Sequence record: OR896820.1
Source of the DNA: Escherchia phage Stokescottia
DNA: 64,000 nt
Direction: 5' to 3' (one strand)
The notes under the pieces were generated by a model. It searched no databases, had not been told where the DNA came from, and saw nothing but the letters and a program-made list of their open reading frames with translations. Position 1 is the first letter of the stretch. Each line of letters starts with the position of its first letter. Below, piece by piece: positions 10,221 to 20,158 of this stretch. A program made the translations under genes and the position numbers.

Positions 10221-10893
10221 GTTTCAGGGCAGCCTTAACAGCTTCGTTAATCAACGTAATAATTTCTTCACGAGTCCACTTGTATCCTAGAGATTTTACG
10301 TCTACCCCTAGTTTTTCCAGATGTTTAACAGAAGCCAGCTCGTAATTCATATAATGGACGTTCTGTTGTTTGCCTTCTGATAGAAGCCATACACGGTAGC
10401 AACCAACAGGATTATCCATTGCTTTTTTGATTTCACCGATACACTGGTATCCAGGGACCCAAACAAGCTCACCAACTGCAAATTCTTCTGCTACAGCATC
10501 ATCAGGAATAATTGGAGGATTCAATGGATCTACAATATCGTTCAAACGAAGTAGAGCACCATATCGTTCCAGAACGGATTTAACCATTGCTACAGAGCGG
10601 TAATTACGATCGGCAATTTCTTCGAAAGAATCACCAGATAAATACTGTTCAATAACGTTGGCTAACTCGATGCCTTCAATTAGTGTGCCACGTTTCTTTT
10701 TCTTCATTTCGGCAACTTGAATTTGGCGATCTTGCCACTCTTCAATCATCCTTTCCATAGTTGGATTGGATGATACGCCGAGCATTTCACATGCTGCTTT
10801 CTTAGTACCACCGTTCTCCAGATGCTCTATAACCTTTTTAAAGACTTCATCCGGGATTTCATGGATATGTTTCTTTCTACGAGAACCAGCCAT
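10189..10893 (-). CDS. hypothetical protein with N-terminal HTH-like motif
   Basis: 234 aa; GTKKAACEMLGVSSNPTMERMIEEW resembles a helix-turn-helix. Confidence 0.4.
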   Translation of the reverse strand: MAGSRRKKHIHEIPDEVFKKVIEHLENGGTKKAACEMLGVSSNPTMERMIEEWQDRQIQVAEMKKKKRGTLIEGIELANVIEQYLSGDSFEEIADRNYRSVAMVKSVLERYGALLRLNDIVDPLNPPIIPDDAVAEEFAVGELVWVPGYQCIGEIKKAMDNPVGCYRVWLLSEGKQQNVHYMNYELASVKHLEKLGVDVKSLGYKWTREEIITLINEAVKAALKLDKEKGKRRE

Positions 10894-10961
10894 ATTTAAA
10901 CTCCTCTCTCAAATTTATGAATCTATTATACAGAAATTTTTTGAACTATGCAAATAAATTT

Positions 10962-11204
10962 TTACGATTCCTTGAGCAAAGAAGCAAGTTCAGCATAGAC
11001 TTTATCTAACTCAAAGCCGATGCGAAGAGACACGTTTGTTTTCCGTTGTTTAAGTAACCACTCGGATATGTTAGGGATGCCAGCTAATCTATGCGGTACC
11101 ACCCTACATAGCTTTTCCGAAGTGTCGTAAACAGGAACTTTACGTTCTTTTACTGGGAACTTCCTTGTTTCCCATTTTTTATTCTTCACTGTCATTTCTA
11201 GCAC
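10962..11204 (-). CDS. hypothetical protein
   Basis: 80-aa ORF. Confidence 0.3.
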   Translation of the reverse strand: MLEMTVKNKKWETRKFPVKERKVPVYDTSEKLCRVVPHRLAGIPNISEWLLKQRKTNVSLRIGFELDKVYAELASLLKES

Positions 11205-14046
11205 CTAGCTCTGCCATTGCTTCATCATGCATATGTTTCTCCTCATCAGTCATAAACTTATACGGGATTGGCATACACTCGATTTTACAATAGGTTCTGT
11301 ACCAGTCTACAATATTTTCAGTGTTCATATCCTTACCAATACCCATCATACCAAGATACATTCTGGCGTATTTTGGGTTAGCACTCTGGCCTGTTTTAAG
11401 GAAGAAATCTTTCTTCTTACCTTTCAGAGCTTCTATGAATGGTTTGATAGTGACATTTGAACACTTCTTAATATCTTCCCAGAACATCTCGTGCATTTTA
11501 TGGAAGAATGCCGCTCGATCATTCGGTTTATCCTTGATATACTGTTCAACATGCTCAACTGTTACATCTTTAATAGACTCAAGATGATAATAGCGAACAA
11601 GAAGTAGTTTAGCTTCATACGCATCTGCATGGCGTGGAGCACAATAATCAGGAGTTGAATACAAAATAGCTTTGATTCGCTCTTCCGTATACTCTTTTCC
11701 TGCACCTTCGATAGTTCCCCAGCTTTCACTGAAAATATCAATAGTTGCACCCTGATCAAGCAAGTAATAACGTAAAGTACTAGTATAATTCCTAGACTCC
11801 AGCTCCCTGCGACGTGCGTATAATTGCTGTGCTAACTCCAGCCAACCTTCATCAATGTTATATTGCTCAGAACCTGCGGAGAACCCACTCGTAGATTTAT
11901 CAATAAAATAATAAATGTTCTGAGCGCCACGGTCGCGCCTGATTGCTTGGAAACGCATGTTTGGCGCTTGGTTTGAGGTTCTAGTAATAACGAATACGTT
12001 ATCAAAGTAGTTAAAGTCAACACCACTTGTTACGGATGGACTACATAATAAGCAATCAATTTGTTGATCAATTAGCTCATTAGTTGTGTAATCCAGAATA
12101 CGTCTAATATCCACATCAGACGTAGAGTTTGAGTGGATTTCCTTAACTAACGCACCCGTATTACGACGCAGAGCCATACCCTTCTCATTCAGTTCATCCG
12201 GCCCACAGTCAGATACTAGGATAGATTTCTCCCCCATCTCTAGAGAAGTCTGAAGTGCAACCCAAATACTGGATTCATCCGGGAACTCATAAGCATGAGC
12301 TTTTGATAGCATTTTACGGTGATGATTATAAAATGCAACCGGTTTATCAAACTCAATCAAAGAACCATATGCTTCAATGGTTTCTGCACTAATATCCCCA
12401 TCAGATAATATAATGATTTTTGCAGTTGCAAGAATATCCCGAAGAACCTGAATACATTCACGACGTTGTTTAACAACCGGGGCGAATAATAGGTCATTCA
12501 TTACAGCATCACATTCATCGATAAAGATTGCATCAATTTGACCAATAAAACTCTTGAACTTATGCAAAGAATGTATAGTTGTGGACATACGGTCAATAGC
12601 GCCACGCTTAAAATTAAGCATATCTACAGACTTATCATATTGTCCTGCACTAAATTTCTTAGCATTTGAAGATACCAGTGCTCGAGTATTGGTAATTGCT
12701 AAGAAATTACCTTTAATAACTCCTGAATCTAACCAACGCACAACCGCTGTAGTTTTACCTGTACCTAGACTTGCTTTTACAAAAGTCATATAACCTTCTG
12801 GTGGTACAGTATTTAATTTCAAGAAGTTATCAGTTTCTAGAGAATTAGTTTCTAGCTTTTTAAGTGGAATACCTTTTAAAACATCAGGTATATCACGTTT
12901 AGAATTATTAACAAACGCTTTCAGAGCCTGTTTACGACCGTTATTAAAGTAATCTTGAATATTACGACTATTATCTTTAGTTGCAATATATTCTGATAAG
13001 GCTGGGCGGATTTCTTTTTCTAGCCATGCAAAATCAACACCATCCTCTAAAGCTCTGTGATAGAGTTTAGGAATAATACGTAGATACACTCCATCCTCAG
13101 CTTCTTCTAGTTCGCTGATAGTTTCCTCTACTTTATCAGAGGCAGCTTTTTTACCTTTAATTTGGTCGAGTAAAGAGTAAAACTCCTCCTTAAACTCACC
13201 TCTAGTTGTTTCATAGTCAACCAGATTATTAGGTAAATTTACTTTAGAACCCTTAACAAATACCAGACGTGAAGCACCCTCCGCTTTAAACGGATCTACT
13301 ATACCATCGGTAAATAACGGATCTGCAAAATAATGGAGCTGTACGGAAGAGTAATAAGCTAAGTCGGCAATATCAAAGCCATACTTTTGTCTACTACTTT
13401 CGTTGATAGATGTAAATAAGAATTTGATTTGACCCTGAGTTACTTTAACATTAGATTCTAGTATTAAGTGCATTCGGATACCTGGTTTTAGCCCAGCCGA
13501 AGACGATGCATGAGCGATAAACCCTGCATCAAGAGGAAACATATCCTCACTAATACTATTTAACATTCTAATAATATGTCTAGCCATGCCAACAAGATCA
13601 AACTTGTTACAACCACCTGTATCTACAATACCATCCACATCCATTGCAATTATATGGCTTGGGTTAGATACATTAAAGTTGCCCTTCTTACGCCGCACAT
13701 TATTTTTAGGTGCAAGACATCGACCTCGTACCGCAACGATATGAGGGTCAGACGTTAAACGTCTCATAAGAGGAAGCATTTCTACTAGAGTTTGCGGATC
13801 AACTTCATCAATTACATCAAACTTGAAGGGCATTGAAGCTGGTTTACCTTCAGGATGCTTTGAGGAGAATCTTTTAGCAAAAAGATAGTCTTCTGCTTTA
13901 ACTTCTCGCCAATTGCCTGTGGCTAAATCGCGATGAAATCCTGCATGACCTTGTAGGATTGAGAACACAACAATACTCCTGTGTTGGAAATGAAATAAGT
14001 TTTCTTTAGGACTATTCAGAAAGAATAGAACAACTGTTACTGTCAA
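11179..14046 (-). CDS. P-loop NTPase, helicase-like replication protein
   Basis: Walker A SLGTGKTTAV, Walker B IFIDECD, arginine-finger-like QAIRRDRG; ORF opens on TTG at 14046, first ATG is at 13833, so the true start is uncertain. Confidence 0.55.
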   Translation of the reverse strand: MTVTVVLFFLNSPKENLFHFQHRSIVVFSILQGHAGFHRDLATGNWREVKAEDYLFAKRFSSKHPEGKPASMPFKFDVIDEVDPQTLVEMLPLMRRLTSDPHIVAVRGRCLAPKNNVRRKKGNFNVSNPSHIIAMDVDGIVDTGGCNKFDLVGMARHIIRMLNSISEDMFPLDAGFIAHASSSAGLKPGIRMHLILESNVKVTQGQIKFLFTSINESSRQKYGFDIADLAYYSSVQLHYFADPLFTDGIVDPFKAEGASRLVFVKGSKVNLPNNLVDYETTRGEFKEEFYSLLDQIKGKKAASDKVEETISELEEAEDGVYLRIIPKLYHRALEDGVDFAWLEKEIRPALSEYIATKDNSRNIQDYFNNGRKQALKAFVNNSKRDIPDVLKGIPLKKLETNSLETDNFLKLNTVPPEGYMTFVKASLGTGKTTAVVRWLDSGVIKGNFLAITNTRALVSSNAKKFSAGQYDKSVDMLNFKRGAIDRMSTTIHSLHKFKSFIGQIDAIFIDECDAVMNDLLFAPVVKQRRECIQVLRDILATAKIIILSDGDISAETIEAYGSLIEFDKPVAFYNHHRKMLSKAHAYEFPDESSIWVALQTSLEMGEKSILVSDCGPDELNEKGMALRRNTGALVKEIHSNSTSDVDIRRILDYTTNELIDQQIDCLLCSPSVTSGVDFNYFDNVFVITRTSNQAPNMRFQAIRRDRGAQNIYYFIDKSTSGFSAGSEQYNIDEGWLELAQQLYARRRELESRNYTSTLRYYLLDQGATIDIFSESWGTIEGAGKEYTEERIKAILYSTPDYCAPRHADAYEAKLLLVRYYHLESIKDVTVEHVEQYIKDKPNDRAAFFHKMHEMFWEDIKKCSNVTIKPFIEALKGKKKDFFLKTGQSANPKYARMYLGMMGIGKDMNTENIVDWYRTYCKIECMPIPYKFMTDEEKHMHDEAMAELGARNDSEE

Positions 14047-14503
14047 TTTCTCAACAAATTAATTGCAAATACTGAAGTGGGGTGGCAACTTCCACTTTCA
14101 CGCTGCGCTGCTGCTTTGCTATACCGCACAAATCCTTGAGGATGGCCGCTAAGCCAGATTTGCTCACCTAATGCTTCATATACTAGCTCATACTAGATGC
14201 AATATAACTTACAGAATCACGTCTCGGAGTTTTTCACTCCTCCCGTCTCACTTCACAACCACCTCTATCTAGGTTGCTTCGAGGCCTTACCAGGGTTCCT
14301 ACGGGACGCAGATCGCTAAGTATTCTATTAACTATTTGTTTAAAAACCAACACGTAACAGTTAAAACAACCCTTAATGGGGCAGCCTAACTGTTCCGTAT
14401 CGCGGATTGTAAACAAGAAAAATTAGCAAAATCAATTTTTACTAATGTCTCTCATTTATGGGAATATTATACTATAAAATAATACTCCCTTGCAAATGAA
14501 ATT

Positions 14504-14956
14504 TTACTGAATTGATTCCCTACCATATAATTGGCCCCTAAACATCTTGGCCATAGAACATGCAACTTCATAGTTATCATATGTTCCTTTAACTACTCGT
14601 TTACGATTAATAGTAAATACTACTTGCCAGTTCTTACTACCAGAAGGGTAAACATGCATTCCTTTCTTATATTTGGTATTTCTTAGATTACCAGTTACTG
14701 TCTGATCCCTAAGATTTTCAATACGATCATCGCCTTTTATAGTGTTCTCATGATCTACCAAATCAGGTAAGTATCCATGATGCATTAAGAAGATAGCTCT
14801 GTGTCGGAGCATAGTTCTACTCCCTAGAGAAATACGGTAATAACCATTCCCCGTTGAAACACAACATTCCTTGCCTGCATTTCTTCCTGTAGTTCTAAAT
14901 AATTTTCCATCTTCATATCGGAAATTATCTAAAAGTTCTTGTTGTGTGAGCGACAT
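14504..14956 (-). CDS. HNH homing endonuclease
   Basis: HNH motif HHGYLPD..VDHENTIKGDDRIENLR; ATG at 14956 has GGAGG SD. Confidence 0.75.
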   Translation of the reverse strand: MSLTQQELLDNFRYEDGKLFRTTGRNAGKECCVSTGNGYYRISLGSRTMLRHRAIFLMHHGYLPDLVDHENTIKGDDRIENLRDQTVTGNLRNTKYKKGMHVYPSGSKNWQVVFTINRKRVVKGTYDNYEVACSMAKMFRGQLYGRESIQ

Positions 14957-15098
14957 CTTTACCTCCAATACATATATTATTACATAATCCATCCAATTTG
15001 TCAATGACAATTTATTCATACTGTCAATTAACTGGAAAGATTAGGTAATAATCCGAGCACTAATAGCCCGGATTATAGAGTTCAGCTAATAAAAATCA

Positions 15099-15488
15099 TT
15101 AGTCACTTAACCCCGGAACATAGATCCCAACACGGTTTAATTGTTCTTTAGCTTCTTTGAGTATATCTGGAGTGTACTCCCAAATATCATCTTCCACCTG
15201 TAAAAGATGGGGCGAACAACCGTCATCAGGCACACGACATATGGCCAAACCACGTGGATGGAACAAAGAGAAATTTAGGGCAACAATTAAACCCATAGCA
15301 GACAATTCATTCCAATCCAATTCCCATTCCCCGGCGTATCCAGACAGGAAAATGCCAATGCATGGATCATCTATTTGCTGCTCCGGAAAAGTGAAGGAGG
15401 CTTGTCTTACCCCCAACCAACGTTGTAGCAGCTTCTCCGCACGTTTCACCAAACTAGGGTCAATCTGACGCCAATATACTTGTTCCAT
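15099..15488 (-). CDS. hypothetical protein, tandem paralog A
   Basis: 129 aa; shares CIGxxL...W.ELDEMGL..ALN..LF.P...Y.PGL pattern with the adjacent ORF. Confidence 0.45.
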   Translation of the reverse strand: MEQVYWRQIDPSLVKRAEKLLQRWLGVRQASFTFPEQQIDDPCIGIFLSGYAGEWELDWNELSAMGLIVALNFSLFHPRGLAICRVPDDGCSPHLLQVEDDIWEYTPDILKEAKEQLNRVGIYVPGLSD

Positions 15489-15497
15489 CCTGCCTCC

Positions 15498-15926
15498 TTA
15501 AGCAGTTAAACCTGGGATCATATACCCGAAACGTCGAAGTTTCTGAATCCCATCATTTACTTCTTCCGGTGAGTAAGACCAACCATAACGTTCATTAACC
15601 TGAAAACCAGGAGATTCACTAGTTTTATAGTTAACAACGAGGCGATGCTTAGCAGGCATAAACAGCTTATAGTTTAACGCAAAAACTAAGCCCATTTCAT
15701 CTAACTCTTTCCAGCCGACAATCTCTTCAAGACCCTCCTCTACCTGAACAATTAAACCAATACAGGGGGCCTCATCAATATCATCTTTAAAAGCAAAGGA
15801 GATTTCGTTATTCTCACACCATATTTTCAAAGAGTTAATAGCCTTATTATACAGGCTAGCTGGGAGAGTACGCCAAAAGTTAACCAAAATTGGGTTAGCT
15901 TCTTTAGAGAATACATTATTAAACAT
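15498..15926 (-). CDS. hypothetical protein, tandem paralog B
   Basis: 142 aa; paralog of 15099..15488. Confidence 0.45.
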   Translation of the reverse strand: MFNNVFSKEANPILVNFWRTLPASLYNKAINSLKIWCENNEISFAFKDDIDEAPCIGLIVQVEEGLEEIVGWKELDEMGLVFALNYKLFMPAKHRLVVNYKTSESPGFQVNERYGWSYSPEEVNDGIQKLRRFGYMIPGLTA

Positions 15927-15928
15927 AT

Positions 15929-16441
15929 TTACACCTTAAATTGTTGTAGGGCTTTACACATTTCAAGATCTGGACTAAATTCTAACATATAGCTAACAGC
16001 TTTTAAATCTTGAAGATTTATTCCAGTCCTACCGTTGACTATAACCGTTGGATACTGATACATCATAGCACCCGCATCGTCAAGCACACACCAATGTTTG
16101 AGCCTATGCTTTTCAACGAAGCGAAGAACAGAATTACCCCTAGATAATCCACCCCCGGTAAAATCCGTTGTACCAAGAAAACGATCGATAAGGCCTAATC
16201 CGGTCATAATCTGAACATTCTCCATCTCATTTCTGACAGAGAACCAAGATGATACTCCAACAATCATTATCGGGGAAGGACGAATAAAGTCCTGAAAAGC
16301 CTTGAGAAGCGGTTTGAAAACCCAGTCACTCCCAAAGAAAATCTTTTCATCATCAGGTGCATGATGGTGGGAGATGCTCGAATTGAGCACCCCATCAATG
16401 TCTAGAAAAATAATTGGAGTATTACTTATTTCCTGATACAT
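15929..16441 (-). CDS. HAD-superfamily phosphatase-like protein
   Basis: 170 aa; HAD motif I IIFLDIDGVLN near N-terminus. Confidence 0.55.
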   Translation of the reverse strand: MYQEISNTPIIFLDIDGVLNSSISHHHAPDDEKIFFGSDWVFKPLLKAFQDFIRPSPIMIVGVSSWFSVRNEMENVQIMTGLGLIDRFLGTTDFTGGGLSRGNSVLRFVEKHRLKHWCVLDDAGAMMYQYPTVIVNGRTGINLQDLKAVSYMLEFSPDLEMCKALQQFKV

Positions 16442-17237
16442 AAGGTCTATCCCCTAAATGAGCTTCTACACGAGCAATAAAATCAGGATCACTGAAAGCA
16501 TCTACCGCACCTTTACTCCAGTAAGGGATACCGCGTTCTTCCAGCTGGTACATCTCACTACGAGTCATACCTTGATAGCCCGGTTCCACCGCTAGGGCAC
16601 TATCATAGTAGTTAACAACCATTAGCTTGGCAGCAGTCAAATTAAGAACAGGAAATAATTCCCAGTAGAAATTAATTACTTGGTTAGAGCAACCAACCAC
16701 AATGATCATATCTTGACTGGTAATACCATCAAAAATATTGTACATCTCCGCATATGCTGGAGCATGCTCTCCAAAGAAGATTACATTAGGTTTAACCCAT
16801 TTATAATCATCTGGATCAATAGAATTGTATCCTACATCAATAATCCGTTTATTGCTACTATTGTAGCTATCAGCTACAACAACCTCTTTTAAATATCCGT
16901 GAATGTGCAGAATGTCACTATGTGAAACGCCAGCACGCTCAATAAGGTCATCAACGTTGGTAGTCAAGTTTACTACTTGACCTGGATATTGTTTATACCA
17001 TTCACCAATACGCAAATGCGCAAGATTGGGTTCAACAGTTTTTAGCTCTTCACGACGCTTGTTGTAAAACATATGGGTTTTATGATAAAAATTACCACGA
17101 AAGGCATGAATATTACATACTTCTTCTAGATCATAATCATCCCACAGTGCTTTACCACTAGCAGTATCAGTACGAAAAGCTCGTACACCACTTTCAACAC
17201 TCAAACCTGCACCGCTAATAATAATTAATCTACGCAT
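16422..17237 (-). CDS. Sir2-family NAD-dependent protein
   Basis: 271 aa; N-terminal Sir2 signature GAGLSVESGVRAFR. Confidence 0.6.
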   Translation of the reverse strand: MRRLIIISGAGLSVESGVRAFRTDTASGKALWDDYDLEEVCNIHAFRGNFYHKTHMFYNKRREELKTVEPNLAHLRIGEWYKQYPGQVVNLTTNVDDLIERAGVSHSDILHIHGYLKEVVVADSYNSSNKRIIDVGYNSIDPDDYKWVKPNVIFFGEHAPAYAEMYNIFDGITSQDMIIVVGCSNQVINFYWELFPVLNLTAAKLMVVNYYDSALAVEPGYQGMTRSEMYQLEERGIPYWSKGAVDAFSDPDFIARVEAHLGDRPYVSGNK

Positions 17238-17451
17238 TTTTCACCTGTTCTCTGAAGTTTTGCCCAATACTGTCTAATAGCTCAGCTAATTCTTTATTGC
17301 CTTTCTCCATTAAGGTATTAGCAATAACTTCTAGCATAGTAGCGCAGGATTCAACACCATCCTTATAGCCAGTTTCCCAGTGCTGCATTAATGCGTTTTC
17401 CAAAGCGGCGTTTAAACCCTTATCTGGTAGCATCGGCTTCGAGAATGCCAT
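17230..17451 (-). CDS. hypothetical protein
   Basis: 73-aa ORF. Confidence 0.35.
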   Translation of the reverse strand: MAFSKPMLPDKGLNAALENALMQHWETGYKDGVESCATMLEVIANTLMEKGNKELAELLDSIGQNFREQVKNA

Positions 17452-17623
17452 AAAGTTTCTCCTCTAGTTCCATAACACGATTTTCATAAGAGGCACGCAA
17501 CTTTTCAATTGCCAGCGCACGCACTGTAACCTCATTAGAATTAATAGCTAATTGGGCCAGGTCTTCTGTTTCCATACGTCCGTTGTAAATTAAGCGATAT
17601 TTAAGATGTTTTACGTTTTTCAT
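17420..17623 (-). CDS. hypothetical protein
   Basis: 67-aa ORF. Confidence 0.3.
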   Translation of the reverse strand: MKNVKHLKYRLIYNGRMETEDLAQLAINSNEVTVRALAIEKLRASYENRVMELEEKLYGILEADATR

Positions 17624-17832
17624 TCTTGTTCCTCAAACATTTCAATTTCTGCATTAGCAATAGAAAGGGCGGGCTCAGATAAGCACAATCCCATCCTAGG
17701 ATCGATCTTCCCTTCGCCAATCCAAGTACTTACTAAACATAATTTAGTTATATCCTCACGGAGAATCGAACCATATGCCCCAGAATCCATAATAAAATAG
17801 ATACGTTCTTTATCTACCTTGTGAACTCTCAT
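17620..17832 (-). CDS. hypothetical protein
   Basis: 70-aa ORF. Confidence 0.35.
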   Translation of the reverse strand: MRVHKVDKERIYFIMDSGAYGSILREDITKLCLVSTWIGEGKIDPRMGLCLSEPALSIANAEIEMFEEQE

Positions 17833-17896
17833 AGCTTTCTCCTCTCAAATTTATAAATCAATTATACATAAATTTTTGGCTGAAAGCAAATAAAAT

Positions 17897-17932
17897 AAAA
17901 GCCAGGTCGACTAGCAACCCGGCTGATTAGCT
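17897..17932 (-). terminator. rho-independent terminator after nrdD
   Basis: Minus-strand hairpin AGCCGGG...CCTGGCT followed by UUUUAUUUUAUUU. Confidence 0.55.
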
Positions 17933-19806
17933 TACTTAGCTCGAATATCCTGATGCTTCACTCTGCCCATCACCTCGTGCTGTTTGCCAGGGTTAAATGG
18001 ACGAGCACCTGGATTTCCAAGATACCCACAAACTCGACGAGTTACTTCAAGAGTTTCGGGGTCATGATTACCACAGATAGGGCACTTAAATCCATCTTCG
18101 GATGCTATTGTTTCACCTAAGAATCCACATTTACCACAAGAATCCACTGGAGTATTAATACCAAAGTAATGAACCTTACTAGCCGCATAATTAATAACCC
18201 ATTCCAGTGCATCTGGGAATCGTTTCATATCCGGTAGTTCTACATAGGAAATGCACCCACCAGAAGCAATCGGAGTAAAGTTAGACTCATAATCAAATTT
18301 CACGTTAGGAGCAACTTTACGTTCCACATCAAGGTGGTGAGAGTTAGTGTAGTATCCTTTGGACAGAATATCTTCATGCTCCGGGAAATATTCACGGTCT
18401 AGACGACAAAAACGGTCACATAGGGATTCTGATGGTGTAGCATACAGGCTATAGCCTAACTTAGTTTCTTCCTTCTTCTGATCGACTCTATCCCGCATGT
18501 ACTGCAATACACGCTGAACAAACTTGATGCAGGTCTCGGACATTGTGTCCACATCTTTGCCAAACATGAACTGTAGCATTTCATGGCAACCAATATACCC
18601 TAGAGATACAGAAGCACGGTTATAGAAATGATCGAATACATATTCATCAGGCTCCAAGCGTAACCCAAAGGCTCCTGACATATAGAGGATGGGTGCAGCT
18701 TTAGCTTGGATGTATTTTAAGCGATCAACTCTCCACTCCAATGCTTTTAACGCTGTATCCACACGTAGCTCAAGCAAATCAAAGAATAGATCAATATTTC
18801 CTTCAGCTTCGATAGCAATTCTAGGCAAGTTTACAGAAACAACACCTAAGTTATTACGACCGGCAGTTTCACCGTCTTCTGTAGCAGCTAGGAATGAACG
18901 GCAGCCCATAGAAACTTTATAGTCTCCAGTAACTTCCACAACCTTATCATAGCTGATATAATCTGGATACATACGTTCAGACGTACATTTCATAGCTAAC
19001 TTCTTGATGTCATAATTAACATCTCCTGGTTTCATGTTAACACCATCACGAAGTACAAATACCAGTTTCGGGAAGATAGCTGTACGTTTATTGATACCTA
19101 AACCATCCATGCGTACTTTCAGTATTGCTTTCTGTACTAGACGTGCTTCCCAAGAAGTTCCTAGACCAAAACCAAAGGCAATAAAGGGACTCTGACCATT
19201 AGAGTTAAACATGGTATTGATTTCATATTCTAAACCCTGACAAGCGTCATAGACTTCTTTTTCAGTCATCTCCGTAGCCATTACGGATGCTTTGGCTTCA
19301 TCCTTAGTCCAACGTTTTGCAAACGCATGATTTTTGTCATAGGATTTACGAACATAAGGAGCTAATACTTCATCAAGGCGATCTACAGAGGTACCACCAT
19401 ACTGATGGGAGCTAACTTGAGTGATAATCTGAGCAGTAATAGCCGCCGCAGTAGTGATAGAGTTTGGAGTGCTAATTTCAGCATTACCAACCTTCATACC
19501 ATTCTTCAACATATCTTCCAGGGCTACCAGACAACAGTTAGTCATGCCTAATGCAGCATAATCAGCATCATGGAAATGAATATCCCCAATCATATGAGCA
19601 TTTCGAATCTGAATTGGCATTTCTTCTAGAATTAGATACTTACTCAATTCACCTGCAAGCATATCCCTTTGTGTAGGGAAACGTTCTGAGGGTTTATTGG
19701 CATTATTAAATAACAGTTCTTCATCTGCTGACCCTTCGATAATCTCTTTGCAGTTTCTAATTAATGCCTGCATTTCTTTATATTTTAGTTCTTCATTACG
19801 ATTCAT
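17932..19806 (-). CDS. nrdD: anaerobic ribonucleoside-triphosphate reductase
   Basis: 624 aa; C-terminal glycyl-radical motif RRVCGYLGNPGARPFNPGKQ; Cys-rich zinc site CGKCGF...CPICG. Confidence 0.9.
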   Translation of the reverse strand: MNRNEELKYKEMQALIRNCKEIIEGSADEELLFNNANKPSERFPTQRDMLAGELSKYLILEEMPIQIRNAHMIGDIHFHDADYAALGMTNCCLVALEDMLKNGMKVGNAEISTPNSITTAAAITAQIITQVSSHQYGGTSVDRLDEVLAPYVRKSYDKNHAFAKRWTKDEAKASVMATEMTEKEVYDACQGLEYEINTMFNSNGQSPFIAFGFGLGTSWEARLVQKAILKVRMDGLGINKRTAIFPKLVFVLRDGVNMKPGDVNYDIKKLAMKCTSERMYPDYISYDKVVEVTGDYKVSMGCRSFLAATEDGETAGRNNLGVVSVNLPRIAIEAEGNIDLFFDLLELRVDTALKALEWRVDRLKYIQAKAAPILYMSGAFGLRLEPDEYVFDHFYNRASVSLGYIGCHEMLQFMFGKDVDTMSETCIKFVQRVLQYMRDRVDQKKEETKLGYSLYATPSESLCDRFCRLDREYFPEHEDILSKGYYTNSHHLDVERKVAPNVKFDYESNFTPIASGGCISYVELPDMKRFPDALEWVINYAASKVHYFGINTPVDSCGKCGFLGETIASEDGFKCPICGNHDPETLEVTRRVCGYLGNPGARPFNPGKQHEVMGRVKHQDIRAK

Positions 19807-19835
19807 TATACCCTCCTTCTCTAACTAAGACTACT

Positions 19836-19864
19836 ATTATAACTCATTCGAGGGCGGATGTCAA
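19836..19864 (-). promoter_or_regulatory. consensus sigma70 promoter for nrdD
   Basis: Minus strand TTGACA, 17-nt spacer, TATAAT, then GAAGGAGGG SD and ATG. Confidence 0.65.
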
Positions 19865-19915
19865 CAATATTTTACTATAAAGTTCTGTAACATGATCTGA
19901 GTCAAAAAATTTTAT

Positions 19916-19944
19916 TTGCCAACCTCTATTAAAAATTGTATAAT
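19916..19944 (+). promoter_or_regulatory. early-type promoter (divergent region)
   Basis: TTGCCA, 17-nt spacer, TGTATAAT extended -10. Confidence 0.5.
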
Positions 19945-20056
19945 CACGCACTCGTGTATGCGATATAAAATGATTATCTAGTATCACACATCTCCCGTTA
20001 AAAGCAAGCAAATTTTTTATTTAAATGCAATATCATAGGCTTATTTAAAATTGTAG

Positions 20057-20085
20057 TTGCTTTTTACTGTATATATTGGTATAAT
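20057..20085 (+). promoter_or_regulatory. early-type promoter upstream of phoH
   Basis: TTGCTT, 17-nt spacer, TGgTATAAT; A/T-rich upstream. Confidence 0.6.
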
Positions 20086-20158
20086 ATATTTGTAAGTTGA
20101 TAAACAAGATCTTTTTGTTGATCCTCTGTTAGCGAAGTACACTATAGGAGTGTTATTT

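Noticed and set aside
14046-14046. TTG start giving the helicase-like protein a 71-aa N-terminal extension
   Set aside because: Not rejected outright but not trusted: no SD precedes the TTG; the first ATG is at 13833. Reported with an uncertain start.
14047-14503. Group I intron hosting the HNH endonuclease
   Set aside because: The HNH ORF is not flanked by two halves of a recognisable split gene, and I could not identify P1-P9-like pairings.
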